Virus record (IMG/VR): IMGVR_UViG_3300025133_009608
Coordinates: 252,665-316,664 of that record
Length of the DNA: 64,000 nt
Reading direction: 5' to 3' (one strand)
The position numbers and the translations under genes are program-made. Each line of letters begins with the position of its first letter. The stretch's first letter is position 1. Under the pieces are notes generated by a model. That model was given only the letters and a program-made list of their open reading frames with translations, was not told the origin of the DNA and did not search any database. This document shows, piece by piece, positions 43,703 through 53,431 of this stretch.

Positions 43703-45697
43703 CTAGGCATCGAGCGGATCGGCCGGCGTCGGCGGTGGAGTCGGCGAAGGGCTCCATGTTTCCATGAACGTCCTGTATACGGCATTTGCAAGAAATGCGA
43801 CATCATTTACGGACTCAACTATTGATTTTCTACCACCCTCAATTGAGCTTCTTTCTTCAAAAAGATCAAATGTACCGTCTGGAAATTCTCTCTTCATATT
43901 TTCATATTGAGAATCGTTCAGCAAGCCTATCAGGCCGCCCTCTTCCATTGAGAAGAGCGCAATAGAAAAGGCCATAAGATCCAGAATTCCAACTCCCTTT
44001 TTCGTTCCCAGGATCAGCATTATATCCTCCATTGCACTCTCCGCCACCCTTCTTTGCGCGGCCACCCTTCTCTCTGCAGATGCAGTTAGCTTGCTTCTTA
44101 TTGCATCTTGATTTGCTCCAACTATTTTCATCACATGGCCCATAAAATGAGCGCTTCCAATGTCGGAGCTTCTTTGGGTATTTCTCTGAAGATCTATTGC
44201 CAGTGGGCTCGACGCCTCTCCAAATAATGTCATCGCCGACTCTTCGAACAATAATGCCGCTCGGAGTTTGGTCTGCTCATCCGACTCTGGGGCTGGCGAA
44301 GATGTTTGAGCCACGGAAGGGCGAGAACTAGAGTCCACTCGACCATCCTCAGAGGCCGAAAACTGCGGAGTTCTCTTTATGTCTTTATTTTTCTTTTTCG
44401 CCCACTGAACCATTCCAATCACTGCGGACCACATTCTGGATATAACCATTGCCTCTACCACTCCCATGCTATCGGCGGTTTTATCTATGGTCATTTCTAC
44501 TCCAAGGTTTATCTCCTCAGAAAGCGGGTCTCTAGAGCCGGCAAATGCTAGCGTTCCAGAGATTCTATCCATTCTCAGCCTTATAACTGCCTCCAGCAGG
44601 GTCGACTTCATAGTGGCTCCATTTATCGTCCTTTGGCTCCTCGGAAGGAATGGCTCGGCAATAATCTTTGATGGCTCATTTATGCAAGTTTCTATATCCC
44701 CATCTTGGAACGGTGGAAACAGCAGATAAACATGCTTATAAAAATTACCAGGCTCATGGAGCCAATCCACAGTTTCGGGTGGCGCGCCGCCTGTCAGTTT
44801 TAGAAATATTCTTTTCAGCCTTTTCTCGCTCAAGCCTGGGAGGCTATCTATTTCATTGGCGACCAAAATTGTAAAAACTTCGGCTCCGTCATTGAGCGAG
44901 CTTCCGGACGAAAGCAATATTTGGACCCCCGTGGCTGCATCGGTACGCGCAGCAAGACCTGCTGCCGCCGTAGCCGCCGCGCCGGAGTCGCCAGCCCCAA
45001 TGCCCCTTGCTTTATTTATTTCGTCAGCTATGTTCTTCATCTCTTCTTTTTCGCTATCGCCAACCGGCGGAGCCTCTGAAAACGGATCCGAGCTGCTATT
45101 TATATAGTCAAATAATGCCGCATTACTAACTCGGCTCCCCTCTGCTTCCTGTCTTTTGTTTAATGTCCCCCACAGCCCGCTTGTCACGGATGCCCTTCCC
45201 ACAAATTCATCGAAGTTCGTATTCTCCAGCGATGCTCTTCCGTCGCTAGATATATCAAGCAAGCAGGCATGACAATCATCTATATCATTTGAGCTTGGCA
45301 TTCCAAGCATTCTCATGAATGCATTCTCATAAGACTCCATTGCGGCGGTTGAGTTTGGAATGGCCTCATTAACTACAGTATTTTCCCCATGTTTTTCAAT
45401 TGACTCGAGGATTTCTATTGGCATCCATGATGACCTCATTCCTCTGAGCAGTTCCGGTAGATCTTTTGCGTCAGATAATATTTTTTCAATTGCCTGAAGC
45501 AGCGGCGCCCCACTCGCTCCGGCTGTTAAATCCGAATAGGCCCCAGAAACGCCATCCGAAGAGTCCGTAAAGCGATCCATAAGCCCTCTTGCTGCGGCAA
45601 GCTGGTTGCCCAAAAGGCCCCGAGCCATAATGTTGGCGCTCCTCAGGTACTCCTCTATGGGGTCACTGCCCTCAGGGCTTGTCGTATCGTCGCTCAT
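43703..45697 (-). CDS. Hypothetical helical protein in the baseplate cluster, Pro-rich C-terminus
   Basis: 664-aa ORF with GAGG RBS, 9 nt after the upstream stop; no family recognised. Confidence 0.8.
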   Translation of the reverse strand: MSDDTTSPEGSDPIEEYLRSANIMARGLLGNQLAAARGLMDRFTDSSDGVSGAYSDLTAGASGAPLLQAIEKILSDAKDLPELLRGMRSSWMPIEILESIEKHGENTVVNEAIPNSTAAMESYENAFMRMLGMPSSNDIDDCHACLLDISSDGRASLENTNFDEFVGRASVTSGLWGTLNKRQEAEGSRVSNAALFDYINSSSDPFSEAPPVGDSEKEEMKNIADEINKARGIGAGDSGAAATAAAGLAARTDAATGVQILLSSGSSLNDGAEVFTILVANEIDSLPGLSEKRLKRIFLKLTGGAPPETVDWLHEPGNFYKHVYLLFPPFQDGDIETCINEPSKIIAEPFLPRSQRTINGATMKSTLLEAVIRLRMDRISGTLAFAGSRDPLSEEINLGVEMTIDKTADSMGVVEAMVISRMWSAVIGMVQWAKKKNKDIKRTPQFSASEDGRVDSSSRPSVAQTSSPAPESDEQTKLRAALLFEESAMTLFGEASSPLAIDLQRNTQRSSDIGSAHFMGHVMKIVGANQDAIRSKLTASAERRVAAQRRVAESAMEDIMLILGTKKGVGILDLMAFSIALFSMEEGGLIGLLNDSQYENMKREFPDGTFDLFEERSSIEGGRKSIVESVNDVAFLANAVYRTFMETWSPSPTPPPTPADPLDA

Positions 45698-45706
45698 ACA
45701 TTCCTC

Positions 45707-48700
45707 TTAGTTTTCAAGCTTTGTGCCAAAGCCCTGAGGGGATGGCTTCGCGCTCTCGGCGCTGGCATCTCTTGCATCATTTTCAAAATTAATACCAGAT
45801 TTGACCTTTGGAGTAAATATTATAGTTAAGATTCTGTCAACCTGCATAATCGACCCGGGAGAAAATAACTCCTGAGCTTCCTCTGCGTCCGGAATGCAGT
45901 CTACTCCGAGATCCTCCGCGGACTCCGGAAATATGAGCCCCTTGTCTGCCCAGGCTCTTATTGGAATATCACAAAATGATGCAGATATTTGCACAACGCC
46001 AGGCGTTTGAGATGTAATAGAAGCAAAATATTTCTCACTCTCTCTGGAGATTATATTTCCATCTTCGTTTATCTCCATAAAGTACGCCCTAGACTCAGTC
46101 TTGTCTTTTACTATATTCAGCTCGACGTGGCTGGACCAGTCTCTTGAGATCGGAAAGTCCGCATCTTTAGAATCACGAGGGACTATCTCTATATAAACTG
46201 GCGAGCCGGCCTCAATCATTATCATATCTCCAATCCCAGAGGCAAATTCAGATGCACCAGTTACGGTTGGCAAATCAAAACTAACGCCATCTATTATATC
46301 TGGATCGAGCCTGGTCGGATCCTCTCCCAGTTCATCTCCCGAGTCTGCTAGCTCTTCATTTATTATCTTAAATCCGGTATTTAACGGATTAAACACCCAA
46401 GGACACACCCTTGTAACTGCATCGTCTATACACAGCTCTAGTTTTTTATGCTCGTCGTATACTTCTTCTACGTCGAATTTTGTTTCTCTAAGTTTTATCT
46501 GAAAATCTTCTATCGACTGAGTTTTATCGCTTGCTGCTGTGAGTATGTTTTTTGACTTTTCCTTTATATAATCCCTAAATGACTCTATACAATCATTTGC
46601 CTCGCCCACTATTGATCCGAAATCATCCGGCCAAATGGCGTCCATCGGTCCGAGGTCAAACAATGCTTCATTCATATCTGACACCTGACATGCCGAAGCT
46701 ATTTCGTCGGCGCAATGGCGAAGATCTACCACATATAATCTTGGAAAATCAAGTACTTTTATCGTGTCGATTGCCTCACTGATTGCCTGCTGATCGTCGT
46801 CGGGACTGTGGTCGTCATCGGTATGCAGATAGTTGTAAGCGCCTGGTGGTGAAGGTTGCCCTTCATCTGGAAATGGAGGAGTGAACTCGTCATGGTCGGT
46901 GGCACCAGCGCCGAACGTTGCGTTGTAACTGCTTGCAGGAATTTTGGCAAAATAGCCGCTGCCGGGGTCGCCATCGGGCCCCCAGGGCACGGTGTTCCAG
47001 CCCCCTGGATCAGAAGCGGCCTCGTAATTTGCCAAGATCCAGTTTGCATTAGCCTGTTGTTGTACTATTTTCTCGCCATTTTTGGTGCCGCCGCCGCCTT
47101 CTTCCTCGGTAGTTCTATATACCGTAAAGTCATCTTTTGATGCTTTTTGCTTTGGAGCCGAAGGATGATTTATCATTTTGGCAGTTATAGATGTTATCTT
47201 ATTTCCAACGGTATTAATTCCATTTGGCTCTATAAAGTAAACATTAAATTCATCGTCAACCAAGGCAACCATCGGAATCCCCGGGAACGTCTTTTGATAT
47301 GGGGTCTCAGTAAGATCTTCCAGTGGGAATCCCTTATCATCAACTTCCTGGGAATAGGATATTAAATCCAGAGTTAAACCGCGAGGCTGGAGCGATCCAG
47401 CTCCCTTTAAATAATTATTATAACCATCCCGAGGACTGACAAGATCCCATCCGCCGTCGGTGCCTTCGCTTAAGCGCAAATTCCCATCGCCGTCTTTCTT
47501 TAAAAAGACAGGGCCATCATCCAAAGTCTGCAGCTCATCAAGTGTTTTTGCCTTTACAAATATTCCGAGGAACCAGTGGTATGCAGCCCAGCTAGTAATC
47601 CCAGATTCCTCAAACTCAAAGGTTACAACTCTTGGGTCTGGACCCTTGAAGATTTTAAATCCACCCTTGGTCGACTTTGTGAATGATAAACCGAAAGTTG
47701 CCTCAAAATCTCCATTGTCAAACCTTACCGACGATGGCTTTACATTTGCATACCTGCCCGGATTCCCATCGGCATCGATCTCCTCCTCCCCGAAGTGCAC
47801 ACTAAAGAGCTCGCCCTCTGTATCCATTACTTCTTCGTAATTAGCGACGAGATCGCCTACTCCGGCCTCTCCCGGGCGAACCAGAACGTTGCCCGGTACG
47901 CCGGAGGTCCCGCCATCCTTGTTTTCGATCTCACTATCGTATCCGGCCTCCGGAGTATTTCCATAGCCTCCAACGTTACTCTTCGGCAACGCAGTATAGC
48001 TCTGAGCCATAGGCAGAAGGGCGTCGGGAGTTATCTCTCCCGTTGGGCTCATAACTTTGCTCAAGATAATTCCAGCAAGCATAGACGGAGAGATGCACAT
48101 CTCTGGATCTCCATCTTCTTCGATCTCACATGGGAATCGGAAGAACATTTGAATTATTTCTAGAATCATTCCAAGAATTGTAATTATTGGCTCAAGAACC
48201 TCAAGATCGGTTTCCAGACTAAAAATATGCTCATTAAGAGTTTCCTCCAGGGTTACTATCGCCGCATAATTTTTATATGTAATAGCCGCATCTAAAGATG
48301 TAATTATATCATTTATAGCGACTATCCATCCGAGGATCTTCAGAATAACGCACTGGAGAAGCTCCAATAGGTGCAGAAGCAGAAACAGTACCGCAATAGG
48401 AATTGCGATCTGAGGAAGAAGCAGCAGCAACTCAAAAAGGCAAGCAAATAATCTTATTATTGCATAAGCCAATTTAAATGGATTCATTAACGCACAAATA
48501 ACATCAATAATACACAAAATAACTTTAATTGGAATATATAATGTCTTTAAGTCATCAAGATGATACTTTAGCTCAGCGGTAAGATGAAAGGACAAGTCAC
48601 AGAAGCTATTCAGGAACTCCTTTGCGGCCATAGACTTGTCCCCGATCCAGGCGCCGATCCTTAGCTGGAACATTTCAATTCTATCTTTTATGTCATCCAG

Positions 48701-51700
48701 GCCCATCCTCTCTAGCATGTCTCCAAAATCATCTTCTAAAGAAAATGTTTTTTCCGTCCCAAGCTGGAGAATCCCTCTCATCATATTTTCGTTAGAGTTT
48801 GTCAGACCAAACGTTACACAGCCATCCATAGAAAATGTTGGTGATAAACTCATATCCGGAACAATAATCGTCGTTAATTGCGTTGGGCCCAAGAACGAGA
48901 TTGCACCCGCTCTGTTCGCTCTTATTCCGGAAATTTCAAACTTCGTAGTCTCTGTGACTCCAATGGACTTTATTCTTAGTTTTTCCCCCGTTCTGATTGA
49001 TAACTTTGAAATTGGAAACGTGCCCGCAGTCACACTCTCCGACTGATTTGGAAGATAAATATTTTCATCACCCTCCTTCTTTACTTCGACTATTTCCGGA
49101 ATATTAAATCGAATAGATGAGGCGTTCCTTATCTCCATTTCAAGGACCAGCTTGTAGTCCCTGGACCCCTCCTTATTATGTATCTGGGCTCCAGAGACTT
49201 CTGCTCCACTTGGAATAATTATTCCTTCTAGATCTGTCCCAACAAGCTTTGCGCTCGAGCCTATCATAGAGTTTAAGAGTCCCTCTATGCTTCCTGCGAA
49301 ATCATTCAAAAAGTTTTCAACGAAGTCCGCCGCGGACGATAAGTCGTCCGTTAAGACGTTAGTGAGATTATTTACATCATCAACAAATTCATTTGCAGCC
49401 TTTGATGCGTCATCAAGAGCCTCGGCACCCTCAACGACAGCATTCACGGCGCCATCCAGCAAGCCAGTATCGCTTGGCTCTGCCGCTGCGACTTGGTCCT
49501 CGACCTGGGCCAGCGCAGCGGCCTGATCCGAAGCCCCTGCTGCCGTACCGGAACCCCCCTCTTCTTCGGAGCCCGATGCCCCGCCGCCCGCAGAGCCGGA
49601 GTCGCTCGCCGCCCCAACCTCTCCCGAGCCAGTGGGATCGGGCTCCGATTGGGCCTGTGATCGTGATATTTCCGAGCACAAGTCCGGAGGTATCCCGCCA
49701 ACTTTATTTTCGCTCTCCGCCCCTAACGCTGCGCCGATCTCTCCCAGAATGTCTGAATTTATAACTTGGGAAATATATCCGCCCGGACTTAAATTGACAA
49801 TAAGCTCATCCGGAATGCCTTCGAATCGCGTTCCATGAATAATTTTATTGTCACCCGTACCGGCCTCACGGCCCAGCTTGAGCCCTATATTTGGGACTAA
49901 AACCACTTCGCTCATAAACTCAACATCTGATGCGGATCCGCCTGGACGGGGATAACTAGATGGCGCGAGTATTAGCCTTTCCGTTGGAATGATAACACTA
50001 CTACTATCCACCGGTTCGCCGACTACCTGGCTTGGACTGCCCTGGTTGATGTCACTTTCACCTTTTAAAACTTTTAGATCGCTACCATTATAAATCTTAA
50101 CGCCATCAACAGTTTCGAATGGCTCATCCCCTTCTATGCTGACGGTAACTCGGTTGTATACGGAAGAGCCATAGGTAACCCCATAGTTTTTATCTTTCTT
50201 TCTTATCTCAACATCGAGCCATCCGTCGTCGTCGATCTGCTTTCCTTTAAATACAAATAATGCACCGCCACCAAACTTAACCCTACGGCCAGTCAGGCTT
50301 TCGAATCCAAGCTTTCTACTAAGCCTTTTTCCTCCAATATATCCCTTGTACTTCCCTGCTCCAGCGGGAAGATCAACGTGAACACCCAACAGGCTGACTT
50401 TGTTTCCGGCCTTCAGCTTCTTTCCATATTCGCTGGGTTCAAGGTTTCTTTTCTCGAGCTTCTTTTTCAGCTTACCATTGATGTCGGACTCCCTCGCATT
50501 GGTCTGTACATCGTCACTGCCGGGTAGCTTAAGATATAGCCCGCGGATTGTTGGAGGGTGAGAAAATCCATCTATATCTACCGTTCCATATCCATTCGGC
50601 TCTAATGTAACCTCCAAAGGATCCGGATCGCCGGCAGCGGCGCCATCGTTGTCAGCAGGTGCCGCCAGCTCTATTTCTTTGTTAGTTATAAGTATCTTCG
50701 AGGGACCATCTGCACTCGGAAGCTGAGAAAAATTATATCCGACATAGCTTGATCCGGGGAATTTTAAAATACTATTTTTGTTTGACAGCCGATAAAAATC
50801 ACCAGAGTTAGAGTCACTAAATCTATAAATAACATTTATTGCAACAATATAATTCTCGCCATCGCCAGCGCGCAAAGAAACAACCTCCGATGGCATCGAG
50901 AAGTCCTTTATTATCTTCCTGTTTTTCTCCGTAGATTTTAACGCTAGGTATCCAAATAATTTATTTCCAGATCGAAACAGTTTGTTATTTGACTTTATCT
51001 TTAACTTTGCACTGCCTCCATCCATCAAGAGAGGGACTGCACTAAAGCTATTTTCAAAAAACTTTGCGGCCTCAAACTCCTCCTCTGGATGCTCAATCAG
51101 TACAAGTGGAGGCGGGACCTCATCTCTCGATGGCCTATCTGCGCTCGGCGTTCCACCGGGAGATATATAAGCAAGCCCAGTCCGCCCAGCACCATAGTGG
51201 ATCCCTCCCACTCGATCTATTAGGCCGAGAGTCACGGGCCCAACGTTCGAGCCCAGTCCCGTTAGCGTACCATAATCTGCAGAGTCATCAACCCCCATGA
51301 TCCCTATAGAGTTCTCGCTAACAATTCCCCTAAAGACACCGTCCGAAAAGTAATGATCAGTTGCCAGGCTTGGGTCCAGAGAATTTGCCGGGCTAAAACG
51401 AACCCCGACTACCTCGTCAAAGTCACTCCCGCTAATCGTCACAATTGCCCGCTCAGAGCCATACATAGGAAGGTCCCCCTGGAAGCCTCCCGGGGTGACG
51501 CGACCAAGGCTTGGGGAGGGGAGGCTTAGTTGTAGCACAGAATTTGTTGCCCGGGCAATTTGACCGATCTCGTCCATGACGTAAACTGCAAATTTAATAT
51601 TATCGGCTGGCGGCCTGAACTTCTTCCTTATATCAAGGCCGTCGAACGTTACTCGAACCACCGGCTCTCCATCTTCTTTTCCAGAAGTCGCCGGAGAGAG

Positions 51701-53371
51701 ATTCTTCGCCCAAAGGCTAGATACTAAATTAATATTGAAAAACTTTGGCCTAGTAGACGATAGCATCCTTTTTAAATGCGACGAGTTATTGTTAAAATAA
51801 ATATCATCATTATCAGAAGAATCGCCCAAGAATCCATCTGATCGATTCTTTTCTCCCACAAGAAGATCCACAGATCCAACGAATGTCGGGAGGTTGACAT
51901 TCGGGATCCCAACATCTCCCACAGACAGGGAGATACTGTGTTCTGCGGCCCCCGTAAGAGTAATAGATGTCTGGTCTTCCAGGGTGGTAGATATATTAAA
52001 ATTTCCGGACGAATTCAAAGTCCTCGCGGGGGTGAACCACGGGTTCAACACAAATCCCCCTATGGTCGGAGCCCCAGTGGTGGCTCTCGTCAGAACAGGA
52101 GACGTTACTACCTCTATTTCTCCAGGAGAAAGCTCCATGCCCTGAGAGCTTAGCGGCAGATCGTCGGGGCGAGTCATGAGTGGTGATAGAAAGAAGTTAT
52201 ACTTATGAAGCATATCCGGATTTAAACCCTCGGCGTCCAGGGTTATTTCCAGGTTTCCATGCACAGGATAATCAGCGGACTCAGAATTCAAGCCCAAAGA
52301 TGGCGGCGGCAAGTGGTTTATCGCTATGCTTTCTTGTATGCTTGAGGACCCGTAAAACACCCTTAGAAAAAATAGCGGACCGGGAGTCTCGGAGTCTTCT
52401 TCTCCGATTTCATGCATATTTGGTGACGACCCAGAAGAATCTGTTCCGCTTAGTTCTGGAAATTTTGCATATAATGTATTATTATAAGCGGTATAGTACC
52501 CGACTATCCTTTCCGGGTTGGGCGCATTGATATCGTCCTCTGACACCCTAAAGATGGGAAACAGATCCAAAACAGCATTCATTATATCTGTTACGGCTAT
52601 GTCATCTGCCGTCTCGATCGGGCTGCTTGCAGATGCCTTTTGCCATAACGACTCTGCCAGCTCTCCCATGGTCCTTCCGCTTGGACCGACTGCATTATAA
52701 AGGCCCTTTCCACTTCTGTCGTCTGGCCCCGCCTCTGAGGCTTCGTCCTTCCCCGAGAGAACCATAATTAATGATGCAAGGGCTTCTATCGGAATAAACT
52801 TAAATTTTCCGATCTCTTTGCCGGATATTGGCTGATCTGAGCCGAGATTTGCCTTTAAAGATTCATAATCTAAAACAGAGTCTCTTCGGTCCGTCGGAGT
52901 ATGCCCCGCCAAATATAGCTCCGGAGGGCCTCCCACTCCCCACGGCAAGTCTGATGGCATGCCCTTGAGAGCCCTCGTCGAGGCTTTTCGAACCCTTTCT
53001 ATGAGTTTTGAGAAATTTATGTTGCTCCCGTCAGTTGCAGCGGCCTCCATTATGGGGTCGTCGAGAAATAGGCTTTTTACAGCAGAAATTGTCGAACCAT
53101 AACGTTGTAAATTATTGCTCTTTAAACTGTCAGGAATGCCATCAGAGGTAAATACTCCGAGTGGACTTGGGATGGCGGCAACCGCCCCGCCGGATAACGG
53201 CAAGTAATTGTCATCATTACAAGGGTGCAAAACCTGTAAGTCGCCAGACTTCGAGGTCTCTGTGGAGTTATTTGCCTCACAGTTTACACGATAAAGGGAG
53301 TACTCCTCGTTCGAGCTTGGAATTTTTGCGCCAACTATTAGCGGTAATATTTCTGATGCTTTTTCTGCCAT
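45707..53371 (-). CDS. 2554-aa virion-associated protein with an IPT/TIG-like domain and a long hydrophobic, possibly membrane-inserting segment
   Basis: PSLGRVTP...VTISGSDF..V.GVRF (about 51390-51523); hydrophobic block at about 48128-48537; located between spike and gp25. Confidence 0.6.
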   Translation of the reverse strand: MAEKASEILPLIVGAKIPSSNEEYSLYRVNCEANNSTETSKSGDLQVLHPCNDDNYLPLSGGAVAAIPSPLGVFTSDGIPDSLKSNNLQRYGSTISAVKSLFLDDPIMEAAATDGSNINFSKLIERVRKASTRALKGMPSDLPWGVGGPPELYLAGHTPTDRRDSVLDYESLKANLGSDQPISGKEIGKFKFIPIEALASLIMVLSGKDEASEAGPDDRSGKGLYNAVGPSGRTMGELAESLWQKASASSPIETADDIAVTDIMNAVLDLFPIFRVSEDDINAPNPERIVGYYTAYNNTLYAKFPELSGTDSSGSSPNMHEIGEEDSETPGPLFFLRVFYGSSSIQESIAINHLPPPSLGLNSESADYPVHGNLEITLDAEGLNPDMLHKYNFFLSPLMTRPDDLPLSSQGMELSPGEIEVVTSPVLTRATTGAPTIGGFVLNPWFTPARTLNSSGNFNISTTLEDQTSITLTGAAEHSISLSVGDVGIPNVNLPTFVGSVDLLVGEKNRSDGFLGDSSDNDDIYFNNNSSHLKRMLSSTRPKFFNINLVSSLWAKNLSPATSGKEDGEPVVRVTFDGLDIRKKFRPPADNIKFAVYVMDEIGQIARATNSVLQLSLPSPSLGRVTPGGFQGDLPMYGSERAIVTISGSDFDEVVGVRFSPANSLDPSLATDHYFSDGVFRGIVSENSIGIMGVDDSADYGTLTGLGSNVGPVTLGLIDRVGGIHYGAGRTGLAYISPGGTPSADRPSRDEVPPPLVLIEHPEEEFEAAKFFENSFSAVPLLMDGGSAKLKIKSNNKLFRSGNKLFGYLALKSTEKNRKIIKDFSMPSEVVSLRAGDGENYIVAINVIYRFSDSNSGDFYRLSNKNSILKFPGSSYVGYNFSQLPSADGPSKILITNKEIELAAPADNDGAAAGDPDPLEVTLEPNGYGTVDIDGFSHPPTIRGLYLKLPGSDDVQTNARESDINGKLKKKLEKRNLEPSEYGKKLKAGNKVSLLGVHVDLPAGAGKYKGYIGGKRLSRKLGFESLTGRRVKFGGGALFVFKGKQIDDDGWLDVEIRKKDKNYGVTYGSSVYNRVTVSIEGDEPFETVDGVKIYNGSDLKVLKGESDINQGSPSQVVGEPVDSSSVIIPTERLILAPSSYPRPGGSASDVEFMSEVVLVPNIGLKLGREAGTGDNKIIHGTRFEGIPDELIVNLSPGGYISQVINSDILGEIGAALGAESENKVGGIPPDLCSEISRSQAQSEPDPTGSGEVGAASDSGSAGGGASGSEEEGGSGTAAGASDQAAALAQVEDQVAAAEPSDTGLLDGAVNAVVEGAEALDDASKAANEFVDDVNNLTNVLTDDLSSAADFVENFLNDFAGSIEGLLNSMIGSSAKLVGTDLEGIIIPSGAEVSGAQIHNKEGSRDYKLVLEMEIRNASSIRFNIPEIVEVKKEGDENIYLPNQSESVTAGTFPISKLSIRTGEKLRIKSIGVTETTKFEISGIRANRAGAISFLGPTQLTTIIVPDMSLSPTFSMDGCVTFGLTNSNENMMRGILQLGTEKTFSLEDDFGDMLERMGLDDIKDRIEMFQLRIGAWIGDKSMAAKEFLNSFCDLSFHLTAELKYHLDDLKTLYIPIKVILCIIDVICALMNPFKLAYAIIRLFACLFELLLLLPQIAIPIAVLFLLLHLLELLQCVILKILGWIVAINDIITSLDAAITYKNYAAIVTLEETLNEHIFSLETDLEVLEPIITILGMILEIIQMFFRFPCEIEEDGDPEMCISPSMLAGIILSKVMSPTGEITPDALLPMAQSYTALPKSNVGGYGNTPEAGYDSEIENKDGGTSGVPGNVLVRPGEAGVGDLVANYEEVMDTEGELFSVHFGEEEIDADGNPGRYANVKPSSVRFDNGDFEATFGLSFTKSTKGGFKIFKGPDPRVVTFEFEESGITSWAAYHWFLGIFVKAKTLDELQTLDDGPVFLKKDGDGNLRLSEGTDGGWDLVSPRDGYNNYLKGAGSLQPRGLTLDLISYSQEVDDKGFPLEDLTETPYQKTFPGIPMVALVDDEFNVYFIEPNGINTVGNKITSITAKMINHPSAPKQKASKDDFTVYRTTEEEGGGGTKNGEKIVQQQANANWILANYEAASDPGGWNTVPWGPDGDPGSGYFAKIPASSYNATFGAGATDHDEFTPPFPDEGQPSPPGAYNYLHTDDDHSPDDDQQAISEAIDTIKVLDFPRLYVVDLRHCADEIASACQVSDMNEALFDLGPMDAIWPDDFGSIVGEANDCIESFRDYIKEKSKNILTAASDKTQSIEDFQIKLRETKFDVEEVYDEHKKLELCIDDAVTRVCPWVFNPLNTGFKIINEELADSGDELGEDPTRLDPDIIDGVSFDLPTVTGASEFASGIGDMIMIEAGSPVYIEIVPRDSKDADFPISRDWSSHVELNIVKDKTESRAYFMEINEDGNIISRESEKYFASITSQTPGVVQISASFCDIPIRAWADKGLIFPESAEDLGVDCIPDAEEAQELFSPGSIMQVDRILTIIFTPKVKSGINFENDARDASAESAKPSPQGFGTKLEN

Positions 53372-53431
53372 TTATTAAACCTAAAAACTATTGCAATATA
53401 TTACTACAAACATCTTATTTAATCGAGACTG

